Source: Oscillospiraceae bacterium (GTDB lineage: Bacteria > Bacillota > Clostridia > Oscillospirales > Ruminococcaceae). From it: a DNA stretch of 64,000 nt. Below are positions 43,440-53,231 of the stretch, one piece after another. The translations under genes were made by a program, and so were the position numbers. Where the stretch lies: assembly GCA_031550725.1 (NCBI GenBank), contig JAVBOH010000006.1:56763-120762 (forward strand), in the 5' to 3' direction. The notes beneath the pieces are model-generated. The model searched no databases and was not told the DNA's origin. It saw only the letters and a list, made by a program, of their open reading frames with translations. Position 1 is the stretch's first letter. The number at the start of each line of letters is the position of its first letter.

Positions 43440-43864
43440 AAAGTCAATTCACCTTTCTGTAATCAAAATATTACATTCATTAATCTCTAACGAAATTCAT
43501 CAATCTTTAAACGTTTTCGTTCCTTTTCGCTATTTTAATATACAACCGAAATGACAATATGTCAATGGTTTTTGTGTATTCTAAGTGAAAAATTGGCGTT
43601 TTATACAACATCAATACCCAATTATTGTTCTCTTTTACCAATATTTTTTGTCGTCTATCTATATTTCAACATTATGCTGTTTATAAAATATACAACTAAT
43701 ATAGCTAAAATAAACAATCGAAACGAGTTTATAAACCTCTTTTTGTTTAAAAGCCCTATAATCAATTTTAAACATCTTGTATTTCTATTTAATCGTTTTA
43801 TTGTTAATTATATGTTAATTTTTTCAAAAAGAAGTCATAAACAATACTGTAAATTATATTTTTA

Positions 43865-44872
43865 TCAATATTTATCAACAAAACCAACTTTTCTATAAGC
43901 CTTTGTTATAGTTTTCTGTGATATTTTTTCAGCCATTTCAGCACCCTTTGTGTAGCATTCCTTCAAGTATGCCTTATCAGCAATAAGTCTTGCAAATTCT
44001 TCTCTGATTGGCTTTAGATGATCAGCAACAGCTTCACCAACACCAACCTTGAAATCACCATAACCCTTACCGTCAAACTCTTTTTCAATATCAGCATAGT
44101 TTTTACCTGTAACAACAGAATAAATTGACATAAGGTTATTAATACCGTCCTTACCCTCTGCATATCTGACACAAGCCTCACTGTCAGTGATAGCTTTTTT
44201 AAACTTTTTGATGATAACATCTGCCTCGTCAAGAATATAAATACAGCCATTCTGATTTGTATCAGATTTTGACATTTTCTTTGTTGGATCCTGAAGTGAC
44301 ATAACTCTTGCTCCAACCTCTGGAATATATGGCTCTGGAACAACGAACAAATCACCATACTTGCCATTAAAACGCTGTGCAATATTTCTTGCAAGCTCTA
44401 AATGCTGCTTTTGGTCAGCACCAATTGGAACTAAATCAGCTTTATAAGCAAGGATATCAGCAGCCATTAGCACAGGATATGTGAAAAGACCTGCATTAAT
44501 ATCATCAGGATGCTTTTGTGATTTTTCCTTAAACTGTGTCATTCTTGAAAGCTCACCATACTGTGATGAGCAAGCCAAAATCCAGTTTAGTTCTGCATGA
44601 GTTTTTACATGGCTCTGAATAAATGCCACAGATTTATTTGGGTCAATACCGCAAGCAAGTATCAAAGCATATGCCTCAAGTGTATTTTTACGAAGTGCAG
44701 CAGGTTCTTGCTTTACAGTGATTGCATGCATATCAACGATTGAATAAATACAGTTGTATTCATCCTGCAGCTTGCCCCAGTTTGAAATTGCTCCGATATA
44801 ATTTCCCAATGTAAATGTACCGGATGGCTGAATTCCACTGAATATAATTTTTTTGTTTTCTATATCTGCCAT
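43865..44872 (-). CDS. trpS: tryptophan--tRNA ligase
   Basis: HIGH-type region (PSGTFTLGNYIGA) and KMSKS; 335 aa. Confidence 0.92.
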   Translation of the reverse strand: MADIENKKIIFSGIQPSGTFTLGNYIGAISNWGKLQDEYNCIYSIVDMHAITVKQEPAALRKNTLEAYALILACGIDPNKSVAFIQSHVKTHAELNWILACSSQYGELSRMTQFKEKSQKHPDDINAGLFTYPVLMAADILAYKADLVPIGADQKQHLELARNIAQRFNGKYGDLFVVPEPYIPEVGARVMSLQDPTKKMSKSDTNQNGCIYILDEADVIIKKFKKAITDSEACVRYAEGKDGINNLMSIYSVVTGKNYADIEKEFDGKGYGDFKVGVGEAVADHLKPIREEFARLIADKAYLKECYTKGAEMAEKISQKTITKAYRKVGFVDKY

Positions 44873-45005
44873 TTTACTTTTCTCCTTTTCATTTGCAAAT
44901 ATGCTAGGTATGCTTTGTAGATTTTAATATACTATATATAAAGATGTAATCGCTTTCATTCCATAATTTGTAAATAGCTATATTAAATCAATATATCAAA
45001 AAATT

Positions 45006-46202
45006 TTACTTATCAAACATTTCCTTGGAAAGCTTACCAAGAATTTCGCATCCTCTTACTAGCTGTTCGTCAGTTGGCGTTGAGAAGTTCAGACGGAAGC
45101 TTGAAGTCTTGTCACTTTCACTAATCATGAACGCACTTCCTGGTACAACCGCAATCTTATAATCCTCAACAGCAGTCTTGCAGAAGCTCATCATGTCACA
45201 CCCCTGTGGAAGTGTTGCCCAAATAAACAAGCCGCCCTGAGGTCTTGTAACCGTAATCTTATCGGAGAAATTCTTATCAATCTCGGAAAGCATAAGCTTA
45301 CACTTATTTCTGTAAATACCTCTGATTTTTTCAAGATGCCCCTCAAAGTCGTAATTATTCATGAACTCATCACATATAATCTGACCAAGTACATTTGTAT
45401 GAACATCGGAAACCTGCTTACAAACAACAATTTTCTGAATAACTTCCTTTGGACCTGAAACAAATCCAACTCTGATACCAGGTGCAACAACCTTTGAAAA
45501 GCTGCCAACATAGACAACTCGTCCGTCTGTATCAAGAGACTTGATTGATGGGATATGCTCACCCTCAAAGCGAATTTCGCCGTATGGGTTATCTTCAAGA
45601 ATAATAAAGTCATACTTCTTTGCAAGCTCATAAACAGCCTTACGCTTTTCGTAGGACATACATTTACCTGTTGGGTTCTGGAAGTTTGGAATTACATAAA
45701 GCACCTTTGTATTTGGGTTAGCCTTAACAGTATCCTCAAGAATTTCAAGGTTAATACCATCCTCCTCAAGCTCAACACCGCAAAGGTGAACATTATATGA
45801 TTTAAAAGAGTTAAGACTGCCGATAAATGACGGTGCTTCACAAATCAATGTGTCACCCTCGTTAAGAAAAACTTTACAAGCAAGCTCATTACCCTGCTGT
45901 CCGCCAGAAACAATGATTAACTCATCAATATCGGAATTATAGCAATTTTGTGCAGAAAGTCGTTTTTTAAGAGTATCTCTAAGTGGAGTATACCCCTCAG
46001 TAATGCTGTACTGCAATGCAGAAATAGGATTTTTTTCTAGTACATTGCGAGTTAGTTCAGCAATTGCATCAACTGGAAACGCCTCTGGTGCAGGATTTCC
46101 TGCTGCAAATGAAATTACATCAGGGAATGCTGTAAACTTCAGAATTTCACGTATTGCGGATGCCTGAAGTCCTGTTACCTTATCGGAAAAAGAATAGTTC
46201 AT
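45006..46202 (-). CDS. PLP-dependent aminotransferase, class I/II
   Basis: PLP-Lys motif SFSKVVAPGIRVGF; GGAGG SD before the internal ATG (ORF extends to 46217). Confidence 0.82.
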   Translation of the reverse strand: MNYSFSDKVTGLQASAIREILKFTAFPDVISFAAGNPAPEAFPVDAIAELTRNVLEKNPISALQYSITEGYTPLRDTLKKRLSAQNCYNSDIDELIIVSGGQQGNELACKVFLNEGDTLICEAPSFIGSLNSFKSYNVHLCGVELEEDGINLEILEDTVKANPNTKVLYVIPNFQNPTGKCMSYEKRKAVYELAKKYDFIILEDNPYGEIRFEGEHIPSIKSLDTDGRVVYVGSFSKVVAPGIRVGFVSGPKEVIQKIVVCKQVSDVHTNVLGQIICDEFMNNYDFEGHLEKIRGIYRNKCKLMLSEIDKNFSDKITVTRPQGGLFIWATLPQGCDMMSFCKTAVEDYKIAVVPGSAFMISESDKTSSFRLNFSTPTDEQLVRGCEILGKLSKEMFDK

Positions 46203-46361
46203 AAAATATACCTCCATTTATATATCCATGTCATTTCATATGACACATCAGAATTAATTTTAGAAAAATCTAAACTAATAATACATTATACCACATATTA
46301 TAAAATTTCGCAACATAAATATTACATAAAAGCATGTACAATGCTGCGAAAGGATAATTAT

Positions 46362-48041
46362 ATGAAAAAACAAAGCTTTCTATATGGCTCAATGATACTG
46401 ATATTATCGGCAGTCATAACAAAAATAATCGGAGCAGTTTTCCGAATACCACTTGCAAATATGCTCGGCGGAACTGGTATGGGATATTTTTCCTGTGCAT
46501 ATGGAATTTTCATGCCTGTATATGCGATATCAGTTACAGGACTTCCGACTGCTGTTGCAAAGCTTACTGCAGAAAACTCAGCATTGGAGCTTTATGACAA
46601 CATAAAAAAAATAAAACGCATATCGCTTACCGTTTTCGGTTTAGCAGGTATTGTATGCTCAATTCTTGTTGCCGCACTCGCTTACCCTTTCTGTATGTTC
46701 ATTACGGACAATCCTGCCGCTTTGCCTGCCGTCCTGTGTATTGCACCAACAGTTTTCTTTGGCTGCATTACAGCCGTTTACAGAGGCTATTACGAGGGTT
46801 TGCGAAATATGTATCCTACTGCTGTTTCACAGGTCATAGAAGGGCTTGTAAAGCTGTTTACGGGACTGGGGTTATGCTATATAGTACTTAATATGGCAAA
46901 CAGCAATCCACTGCAGTTTGCAGAAATCTTTAAAATAAGCATTGATGATGTAAATGACACCGCCTTGCCATATGCATCAGCGGCAGCAATTTTAGGTGTC
47001 ACTATTTCAACTTTTGCAGGAACGTTGTTTCTTATCCTGCGTGACAATCTGTCAAGTAATAATTCTATACACCAAAATTCACACAGCAATTCAGCTGCAT
47101 ATACAGATAATTCACGCACGATTATCAACAAGCTGCTCGCTACGGTTATACCGATTGCAATTGGTTCACTGATAACAAATCTAACATCTCTTATTGACCT
47201 TGCTACCATCATGAGTTCACTTAATAAAGCAATTTCATCTGCACCCGAAGTTTTTTCTAAGTACTTATCGGACAATCTTACTTTAAGTGACCTGCCTAAT
47301 TTTATTTTTGGCAGCTTTACAGGACTTGCTGTTACAGTATTCAACCTCATCCCATCTTTTACAAATATGTTTGGTAAGGGTGCTTTGCCAACTTTAGCAG
47401 AGGGTTTTGCCGCAAAGGATATGGATAAAGTACGCAAGGCTGGTGAAAATGTATTATTCACAACCGCTTTTATCGCTGTGCCGTCAGGACTTGGCATATG
47501 TGCTTTGTCACGTCAGATTTTAGAACTGTTATTTCCTGCCAAATCACTAGAAACAGAAATATGTGTTTTATCTATGTCTATCTTGGGTCTTGGTGTCGTG
47601 TTTTTATGTATATCAACTGCCATTTTTTCAGTTCTTCAAGCCGCTGGGAAAAGCAGTATACCCGTTAAGATTATGATTGTTGGCGTAATAGTTAAGTTTT
47701 TTGGCAATATTATTCTTATCCCAATACCCGAAATAAATGTTGCTGGTGCAGCTATATCGACTTTAATTTGCTATATCGTAATTTTTATTTTATCTATCCG
47801 TGAGTTTATTATTGTTACTGGTATAGATTTTGATGTTGTAAAAAATTTACTGTTCAAATTATTTTATGCTGGCTTGCTTTGTGCTGCAAGTGCATATTTA
47901 ATGGCTATTATTACATATAATATGTACAATTTATATTTATCAACCTGTATATCTATCGCTATTGGGGGCATTATTTACATAATAAGCACACATTTATTAT
48001 CTCTATTCACAAAAAGGTCGTTAAAAATGCTGATTTCATAG
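46362..48041 (+). CDS. MOP-superfamily polysaccharide/oligosaccharide flippase (SpoVB/YabM-like)
   Basis: About 14 TM segments, N-terminus MKKQSFLYGSMILILSAVITKIIGAVFRIPL typical of SpoVB/MurJ-like; followed by mazG-hup-yabO as in Bacillus. Confidence 0.8.
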   Translation: MKKQSFLYGSMILILSAVITKIIGAVFRIPLANMLGGTGMGYFSCAYGIFMPVYAISVTGLPTAVAKLTAENSALELYDNIKKIKRISLTVFGLAGIVCSILVAALAYPFCMFITDNPAALPAVLCIAPTVFFGCITAVYRGYYEGLRNMYPTAVSQVIEGLVKLFTGLGLCYIVLNMANSNPLQFAEIFKISIDDVNDTALPYASAAAILGVTISTFAGTLFLILRDNLSSNNSIHQNSHSNSAAYTDNSRTIINKLLATVIPIAIGSLITNLTSLIDLATIMSSLNKAISSAPEVFSKYLSDNLTLSDLPNFIFGSFTGLAVTVFNLIPSFTNMFGKGALPTLAEGFAAKDMDKVRKAGENVLFTTAFIAVPSGLGICALSRQILELLFPAKSLETEICVLSMSILGLGVVFLCISTAIFSVLQAAGKSSIPVKIMIVGVIVKFFGNIILIPIPEINVAGAAISTLICYIVIFILSIREFIIVTGIDFDVVKNLLFKLFYAGLLCAASAYLMAIITYNMYNLYLSTCISIAIGGIIYIISTHLLSLFTKRSLKMLIS

Positions 48042-48058
48042 TTTTTTTTGAAAAACCC

Positions 48059-48087
48059 TTGAAAAATTCGGAAAAATCGGTTAATAT
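48059..48087 (+). promoter_or_regulatory. sigma-A-type promoter for mazG
   Basis: TTGAAA-17 bp-TAATAT. Confidence 0.45.
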
Positions 48088-48130
48088 ATTAAGAGTACTT
48101 TTATTTGAAGTGAGGTTTGTTTAAATCGGT

Positions 48131-48919
48131 ATGGATTTTACGGTAAAAGATTTTTATTATATTGATGATATGCGAACCATCATGAAAATTCTGCGTTCAG
48201 AAAATGGCTGTCCTTGGGACAGGGAGCAAACTCATAAATCTATCCGCAAGGATTTCCTTGAGGAAGTGTATGAGGTTGTTGAAGCTATTGACCTTGAAGA
48301 TACGCCGCTGCTGCGTGAGGAGCTTGGTGATGTACTTTTACAGGTTATTTTCCACTCTTGTATTGAAGAAGAAAAAAATAGTTTCAATTTTGATGATGTT
48401 GTTAATGAAGTTTGTCAAAAGCTTGTTATTAGGCATCCTCACGTTTTTGGAGATGTTGTTGCTGATACCTCGGACGAGGTGCTAAAAAACTGGAATAACA
48501 TCAAGCAGGAAACTAAGTGTCAGGAAACGTATACCGAAACGCTTGAGAGCGTTTGCACAGCACTTCCTGCATTAATGCGTGCACAAAAAATCGGTCAGCG
48601 TGCAAAGAGAGCTGGTATGGACTTTGAGGACATTATGAATGCTATTGAATGTCTTGAGGGTGAGATTGCTGAGCTAAAGGCTGCTGTCGCTGATGGCAAT
48701 AATGAATGTATCACTGATGAACTTGGTGATGTTTTGTTCTCGGCTGTAAACGTTTCACGTTTTGCTGGTGTTGATGCTGAGGAGGCACTTACTCTATCTA
48801 CACAGAAGTTTATTGACAGGTTTAGAAAGTGCGAGGATTTATTACGGTTGAAAGGGATTGATATGAAATCCCTCAACATAGATGAGCTTAACGACTATTG
48901 GTCGCAGGCTAAAAAATGA
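48131..48919 (+). CDS. mazG: nucleoside triphosphate pyrophosphohydrolase MazG (tandem MazG domains)
   Basis: Two EExxE/ELGD metal-binding motifs (EEVYEVVEAI..ELGDVLLQV; GEIAELK..ELGDVLF). Confidence 0.88.
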   Translation: MDFTVKDFYYIDDMRTIMKILRSENGCPWDREQTHKSIRKDFLEEVYEVVEAIDLEDTPLLREELGDVLLQVIFHSCIEEEKNSFNFDDVVNEVCQKLVIRHPHVFGDVVADTSDEVLKNWNNIKQETKCQETYTETLESVCTALPALMRAQKIGQRAKRAGMDFEDIMNAIECLEGEIAELKAAVADGNNECITDELGDVLFSAVNVSRFAGVDAEEALTLSTQKFIDRFRKCEDLLRLKGIDMKSLNIDELNDYWSQAKK

Positions 48920-48970
48920 AAAAAATGACACTTTTATGTAGTCATTAAAATTTATGGAGGTTGAACAATT

Positions 48971-49249
48971 ATGACAAAGGCAGAATTAATCAATGCTATC
49001 GCTGAGAACGGTGAATTCACTAAGAAAGATGCCGAAAAGGCACTTAACTCTGTAATTTCCAGCATTACTGACGCTCTAACAAAGGGTGACAAGGTTCAGA
49101 TCGTTGGCTTTGGTACTTTCGAAGTACGTGACAAGAAGGCTAAGGATGGCATCAATCCTAAGACTAAGGAAAAGATCCATGTTCCTGCTAAGAAGGCACC
49201 TGCTTTCAAGGCTGGTAAGGCTTTGAAGGACGCTGTTGACGTTAAGTAA
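48971..49249 (+). CDS. hup: DNA-binding protein HU
   Basis: MTKAELINAIAENGEFTKKDAEKALNSV..GFGTFEVRDKKAKDGINPKT..PAFKAGKALKDAV. Confidence 0.93.
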   Translation: MTKAELINAIAENGEFTKKDAEKALNSVISSITDALTKGDKVQIVGFGTFEVRDKKAKDGINPKTKEKIHVPAKKAPAFKAGKALKDAVDVK

Positions 49250-49337
49250 TTTATATACTTAATAAAACACGAGCAGACATAGGCTTTTTGCCTTGTCTGC
49301 TCTTTTGTTAACTATTTTTATAGGTGGTGTAATTGAT

Positions 49338-49583
49338 ATGAGATTAGATAAATATTTAAAGGTCACAAGACTTATCAAAAGACGTACTGTTGCCAATGAA
49401 GCTTGTGATGCTGATAAAATTGTTGTGAATGGTAAAGCTGCAAGAGCATCCTATGACGTTAAGGTTGGAGATATTATAGAAATAAATATGGGACAAAAAC
49501 CTCTTAAGGTTAAGGTTTTGAATGTCACAGAGTATGCTACTAAGGAAAATGCCGCCGACAACTACATTGTTGTTGAGGGTTAA
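49338..49583 (+). CDS. S4-domain RNA-binding protein (YabO-like)
   Basis: MRLDKYLKVTRLIKRRTVANEA S4 motif; ORF extends upstream to 49293. Confidence 0.8.
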   Translation: MRLDKYLKVTRLIKRRTVANEACDADKIVVNGKAARASYDVKVGDIIEINMGQKPLKVKVLNVTEYATKENAADNYIVVEG

Positions 49584-49593
49584 GGTTTTTACC

Positions 49594-49764
49594 GTGGGAC
49601 CATATGAATACATTGTAACGCAAATTAACGGTGATTATGCCGTTTTAAAGCGTATAGACATCGATACAGATGATACAATACTTGTTGCACTTGCACTTCT
49701 CCCGCTTGAAACAGACGAGGGTATTCATCTTGTCTGGGAAGACCTTGAATACCGTATAAAATGA
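49594..49764 (+). CDS. small conserved protein (DUF3006-like), GTG start
   Basis: VGPYEYIVTQINGDYAVLKRIDIDTDD..LPLETDEGIHLVWE resembles the Y-x-IV-x-IEG-x-YAV..LP..EGD pattern of DUF3006. Confidence 0.45.
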   Translation: MGPYEYIVTQINGDYAVLKRIDIDTDDTILVALALLPLETDEGIHLVWEDLEYRIK

Positions 49765-49769
49765 AAAAA

Positions 49770-49805
49770 GCAGATGTAAAAAACTTACATCTGCTTTATA
49801 TTTTT
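49770..49805. terminator. bidirectional rho-independent terminator
   Basis: GCAGATGTAA-AAAAC-TTACATCTGC followed by TTTATATTTTT. Confidence 0.65.
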
Positions 49806-50748
49806 ACTTAGTATTTGAAAGCTTCCATCTGAATGTGGAAATTCTCTGCGCTTTGGTGTTGTCATAGGAAATGTTGCTGCATACAGTTGCTACGTCGTTA
49901 TAACGATAGTCAGTCTTTGCTGCTTTATTACCAAATGATGTAACAGCCTTAATAGTTTCAGAACCGTAATTCTTCTGAATTACAGCACCAAGCTTATGAT
50001 AAGTTCTCAAGAATTCAACAATATCCTTTGCAGCAATTGGCTTTGAATCGCAGACATTATAAATACCCTGATAAGTAATCCCCTGCTGTACATTCAAAAT
50101 ACCCAAAACAAAATCTACAAGGTTATAAACGCAACAGAAAGAGAAACCATAATCACCATAACCGTAAATATAGCTGCATCCATCCTTTGCATCATAAATT
50201 CTTGCATGAAGATTTTCAACAAAGCTCTTTGAATAAATAGGACAAACTCTGGCAATAACCCCGACAGTTCCAGTCTTTGCAATAGCTTTTGCAAAAGCTT
50301 TCTCACTGTCAGACTTCATCTTAGCATAATCAGTAAACGGCTTTTCATCGGCAGTTTCTCTAATAGGCTCACGGGTTTTCTGATTTGCATAAACCTGATG
50401 TGTGCTAAGTAAAATAAAATCCTTCACTCCAGCAGACACAGCAGCTTTATATAGGTATTTATCAACCATTGAAGATATCTTTTCCTGCATTGGTGTTATA
50501 ACACTTGGAAAATCATTATCCACTGTACAAGCAAGATGCACTACTGTATCAACCTTGTTGCTGTCAAGCGCATTGACAATCTTATCCTTATCCTCAATGT
50601 TCGCTTGTATAAAAGTATAATTATCTTTTCCTACAAAGCTGTTTGGTTTGCTATCCGTACCAACTACACCATACCCCTTAGCAAGCAAAGCATCAGTTAA
50701 TTCAGTTCCCATAAGACCGGACGCACCTGTAATAAAAACTTTTTTCAT
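49804..50748 (-). CDS. NAD-dependent epimerase/dehydratase (extended SDR)
   Basis: MKKVFITGASGLMGTEL Rossmann N-terminus, YxxxK. Confidence 0.82.
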   Translation of the reverse strand: MKKVFITGASGLMGTELTDALLAKGYGVVGTDSKPNSFVGKDNYTFIQANIEDKDKIVNALDSNKVDTVVHLACTVDNDFPSVITPMQEKISSMVDKYLYKAAVSAGVKDFILLSTHQVYANQKTREPIRETADEKPFTDYAKMKSDSEKAFAKAIAKTGTVGVIARVCPIYSKSFVENLHARIYDAKDGCSYIYGYGDYGFSFCCVYNLVDFVLGILNVQQGITYQGIYNVCDSKPIAAKDIVEFLRTYHKLGAVIQKNYGSETIKAVTSFGNKAAKTDYRYNDVATVCSNISYDNTKAQRISTFRWKLSNTK

Positions 50749-51027
50749 AAAGTCGTCCCTCCATTCTCCACAAGTAAATTATCTATATATAAATATTATA
50801 TCATAAATAAATAAAATTGCAATAGATTTTTCGCCGAAATCTGTATCTTTTTTCTTAATATTATGCTATAATATAAAAGAATCATAAATAATTAAGTCAC
50901 ATATTTATACAATATGCACAAATTTCGATTAACTCACCATGAATAAACAAAATATAAAAATAAATTCACCGTTAATTTATACAATACTCAATTAAAAATT
51001 TTGTTACCGAAAGGTATTGATAAAACC

Positions 51028-51981
51028 ATGATAAACCCTTTTCTATACACCAATACCAACAAAAGATACCATACATACAACCATTTTTTGAAAAATAGGT
51101 TTGGCAAAAAAGCAGTAAAAGTATCACTGAACGGCGGATTTACCTGTCCGAACATTGATGGCACTAAAGGAAACGGTGGATGTATATATTGTTCAGCCAA
51201 AGGCAGCGGGGATTTTGGCGGTAGTCCCCTTAACAGCATACACGAACAATTCAATTCTGTCAAGGGTATTTTGTCAAAAAAATGGCCTGAAAGCGTTTTT
51301 ATTGCATATTTTCAAGCAAATACCAACACTTATGCTCCTCTGCCACGATTAAAAGAACTTTTTGAGGAGGCTTTATCGCTTGATGAAGTCGTTGGATTGT
51401 CCATATCGACCCGTGCAGATTGTATTACCGAGGAAATAGCTGACTATCTTGCAGATTTATCAAAACGTACTTTTCTTGAAGTTGAACTTGGACTTCAAAC
51501 AATACACGATAAAACAGCCAAATATATCAACCGTTGCCATACTTATGGCGACTTTCTACATGGCTATAAAATGCTTATAAACAGAGATATTAACGTTTGT
51601 GTACACATAATAAATGGCTTACCTTATGAAACATATGACATGATGATGGAAACTGCAGCTACTGTCGCTAAACTTCATCCACACAGTGTAAAAATTCATC
51701 TTCTGCACATTATTGAGGGTACTGCTTTAGCTAATGATTACCATAAAGATATGTTCCCTGCCATGTCAATGGATGAGTATATTTCCATTGTTTGCGACCA
51801 GCTTGAAATTTTGCCTGACGATATAATTATTCAGCGTCTAACAGGAGATGGTGACAGAAAAACATTAATTGCACCGCTTTGGAGCTTAAATAAAAAAGCT
51901 GTAATGAATGGAATAGATAAGGAACTTGTGCATCGAAATTCAATTCAAGGGTTAAAATACAAAAAAGCAGGTCAAATTTAA
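51028..51981 (+). CDS. TIGR01212-family radical SAM protein
   Basis: CPNIDGTKGNGGCIYCS cluster motif characteristic of TIGR01212; ORF extends to 51001. Confidence 0.8.
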   Translation: MINPFLYTNTNKRYHTYNHFLKNRFGKKAVKVSLNGGFTCPNIDGTKGNGGCIYCSAKGSGDFGGSPLNSIHEQFNSVKGILSKKWPESVFIAYFQANTNTYAPLPRLKELFEEALSLDEVVGLSISTRADCITEEIADYLADLSKRTFLEVELGLQTIHDKTAKYINRCHTYGDFLHGYKMLINRDINVCVHIINGLPYETYDMMMETAATVAKLHPHSVKIHLLHIIEGTALANDYHKDMFPAMSMDEYISIVCDQLEILPDDIIIQRLTGDGDRKTLIAPLWSLNKKAVMNGIDKELVHRNSIQGLKYKKAGQI

Positions 51982-52059
51982 TGACCTGCTTTTAGAACTT
52001 GTCTTCATAAGGATTGTGTGCGTATTGCATATAGACTTGTGAAGACGAGTTTTTATATT

Positions 52060-53043
52060 TTACCAATTCTTGCAAATGCTTAGTGCTGCATCAAAATCAT
52101 AGCTTTCAATTGCTTGAGCCAACATATCAAGATTATATTCGGCAATACCAATCCACCTTGTTTCTGCAAGCTTTTTTATACAAGCTTCGCACTCTGACGG
52201 ATTTGATATTAATATAGCCTCTCTTAATTTTTTGATATACTCTAAATATTCATTTGCAGTACCATCTGACGACTTAATAATTACAGTTTCCGGCAACGAA
52301 ACATTTTCATGAATATTCTTGCATACCTGACGAGTTTTTTCACTAAGTTTATCTAGCCTGTCTGCATTTCTCAAATCTGTTTCTGCAGATTTTGCAAGCA
52401 GATATACTTCGGTTATACCAAGATTACCTGCAACACCTTTTAATGTATGTAAGTATCTTTTCAGCTCCTCAACATTGTCATAGGTACGCAGTTCTTCATA
52501 CTCTTTTGCAAAACCCAGCAGAGTTTTATTATAACGCTCAACATTTCCGCCAAATCGTGCCAAACCCTCTTCGAAATTTATACCATCAATTGAAAACTCA
52601 TATTTATAGCTGTCTGTCTTGTTATTTTCACTGCAAACTGCTTTTTCCGAGGGTATATATTTTAAAAGATTTTCATACAAAACATTCATATTAACAGGCT
52701 TTGACATATATGCAGTCATACCTGCGCTCATAAGATTTTCAATATCTTCAGTTGTATCACTTGATGTCAATGCAATTATTACTGCATTTTTGAAATCCTT
52801 ATCAGAGCTTCTAATCATTTTAGTTGCAGTTATACCATCCATAACAGGCATGATTATATCCATTAAAATCATATCATATGATTTTTTTTCAAGTAATTTT
52901 ATGCATTCTTCACCATTTTCAGCAATATCTGCCTCAATTCCAAACTGGTTCAGCATACACTGAGTCATTTCCTGATTTAACACGTTATCCTCACAAATAA
53001 GGATATCTGCATTTAAAAAAGTGTACTGCTTCAAAACCATCAT
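52060..53043 (-). CDS. phosphorelay protein: response-regulator receiver domain fused to HPt domain
   Basis: Canonical REC (ILMDIIMPVMDG, IIALTS, YMSKP) plus C-terminal HPt histidine motif HTLKGVAGNLGI. Confidence 0.8.
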   Translation of the reverse strand: MMVLKQYTFLNADILICEDNVLNQEMTQCMLNQFGIEADIAENGEECIKLLEKKSYDMILMDIIMPVMDGITATKMIRSSDKDFKNAVIIALTSSDTTEDIENLMSAGMTAYMSKPVNMNVLYENLLKYIPSEKAVCSENNKTDSYKYEFSIDGINFEEGLARFGGNVERYNKTLLGFAKEYEELRTYDNVEELKRYLHTLKGVAGNLGITEVYLLAKSAETDLRNADRLDKLSEKTRQVCKNIHENVSLPETVIIKSSDGTANEYLEYIKKLREAILISNPSECEACIKKLAETRWIGIAEYNLDMLAQAIESYDFDAALSICKNW

Positions 53044-53196
53044 CCTTTCAGTTTTACATTTTGTCGGAAATTACATATTATACAATATATTACATTAATT
53101 TACATTATACCAAATTTTGCATATTTTTAAATTAAGATTATATTGATTTATATATAATTTTTTGCACACCAAATATGTATATGTTTTTAACAAAAG

Positions 53197-53226
53197 AAAG
53201 TGCAGCAAATAAATCTACTGCACTTT
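53197..53226. terminator. terminator downstream of mgtE
   Basis: AAAGTGCAG..CTGCACTTT hairpin with T-runs. Confidence 0.55.
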
Positions 53227-53231
53227 CTAAT

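Noticed and set aside
43551-43898. 115-aa ORF in the 425-bp AT-rich spacer between the LacI-family gene and trpS
   Set aside because: No SD, hydrophobic low-complexity translation typical of AT-rich DNA, and it overlaps the trpS 3' end. Treated as non-coding; I also found no structured RNA motif there.
46877-47497. 206-aa antisense ORF inside the flippase gene (and similar antisense ORFs, e.g. 36427-36747 in ilvD, 18378-18698 in queA, 55298-55624 in floT)
   Set aside because: Fully embedded opposite strongly supported genes, with no RBS and low-complexity composition. These are shadow ORFs.
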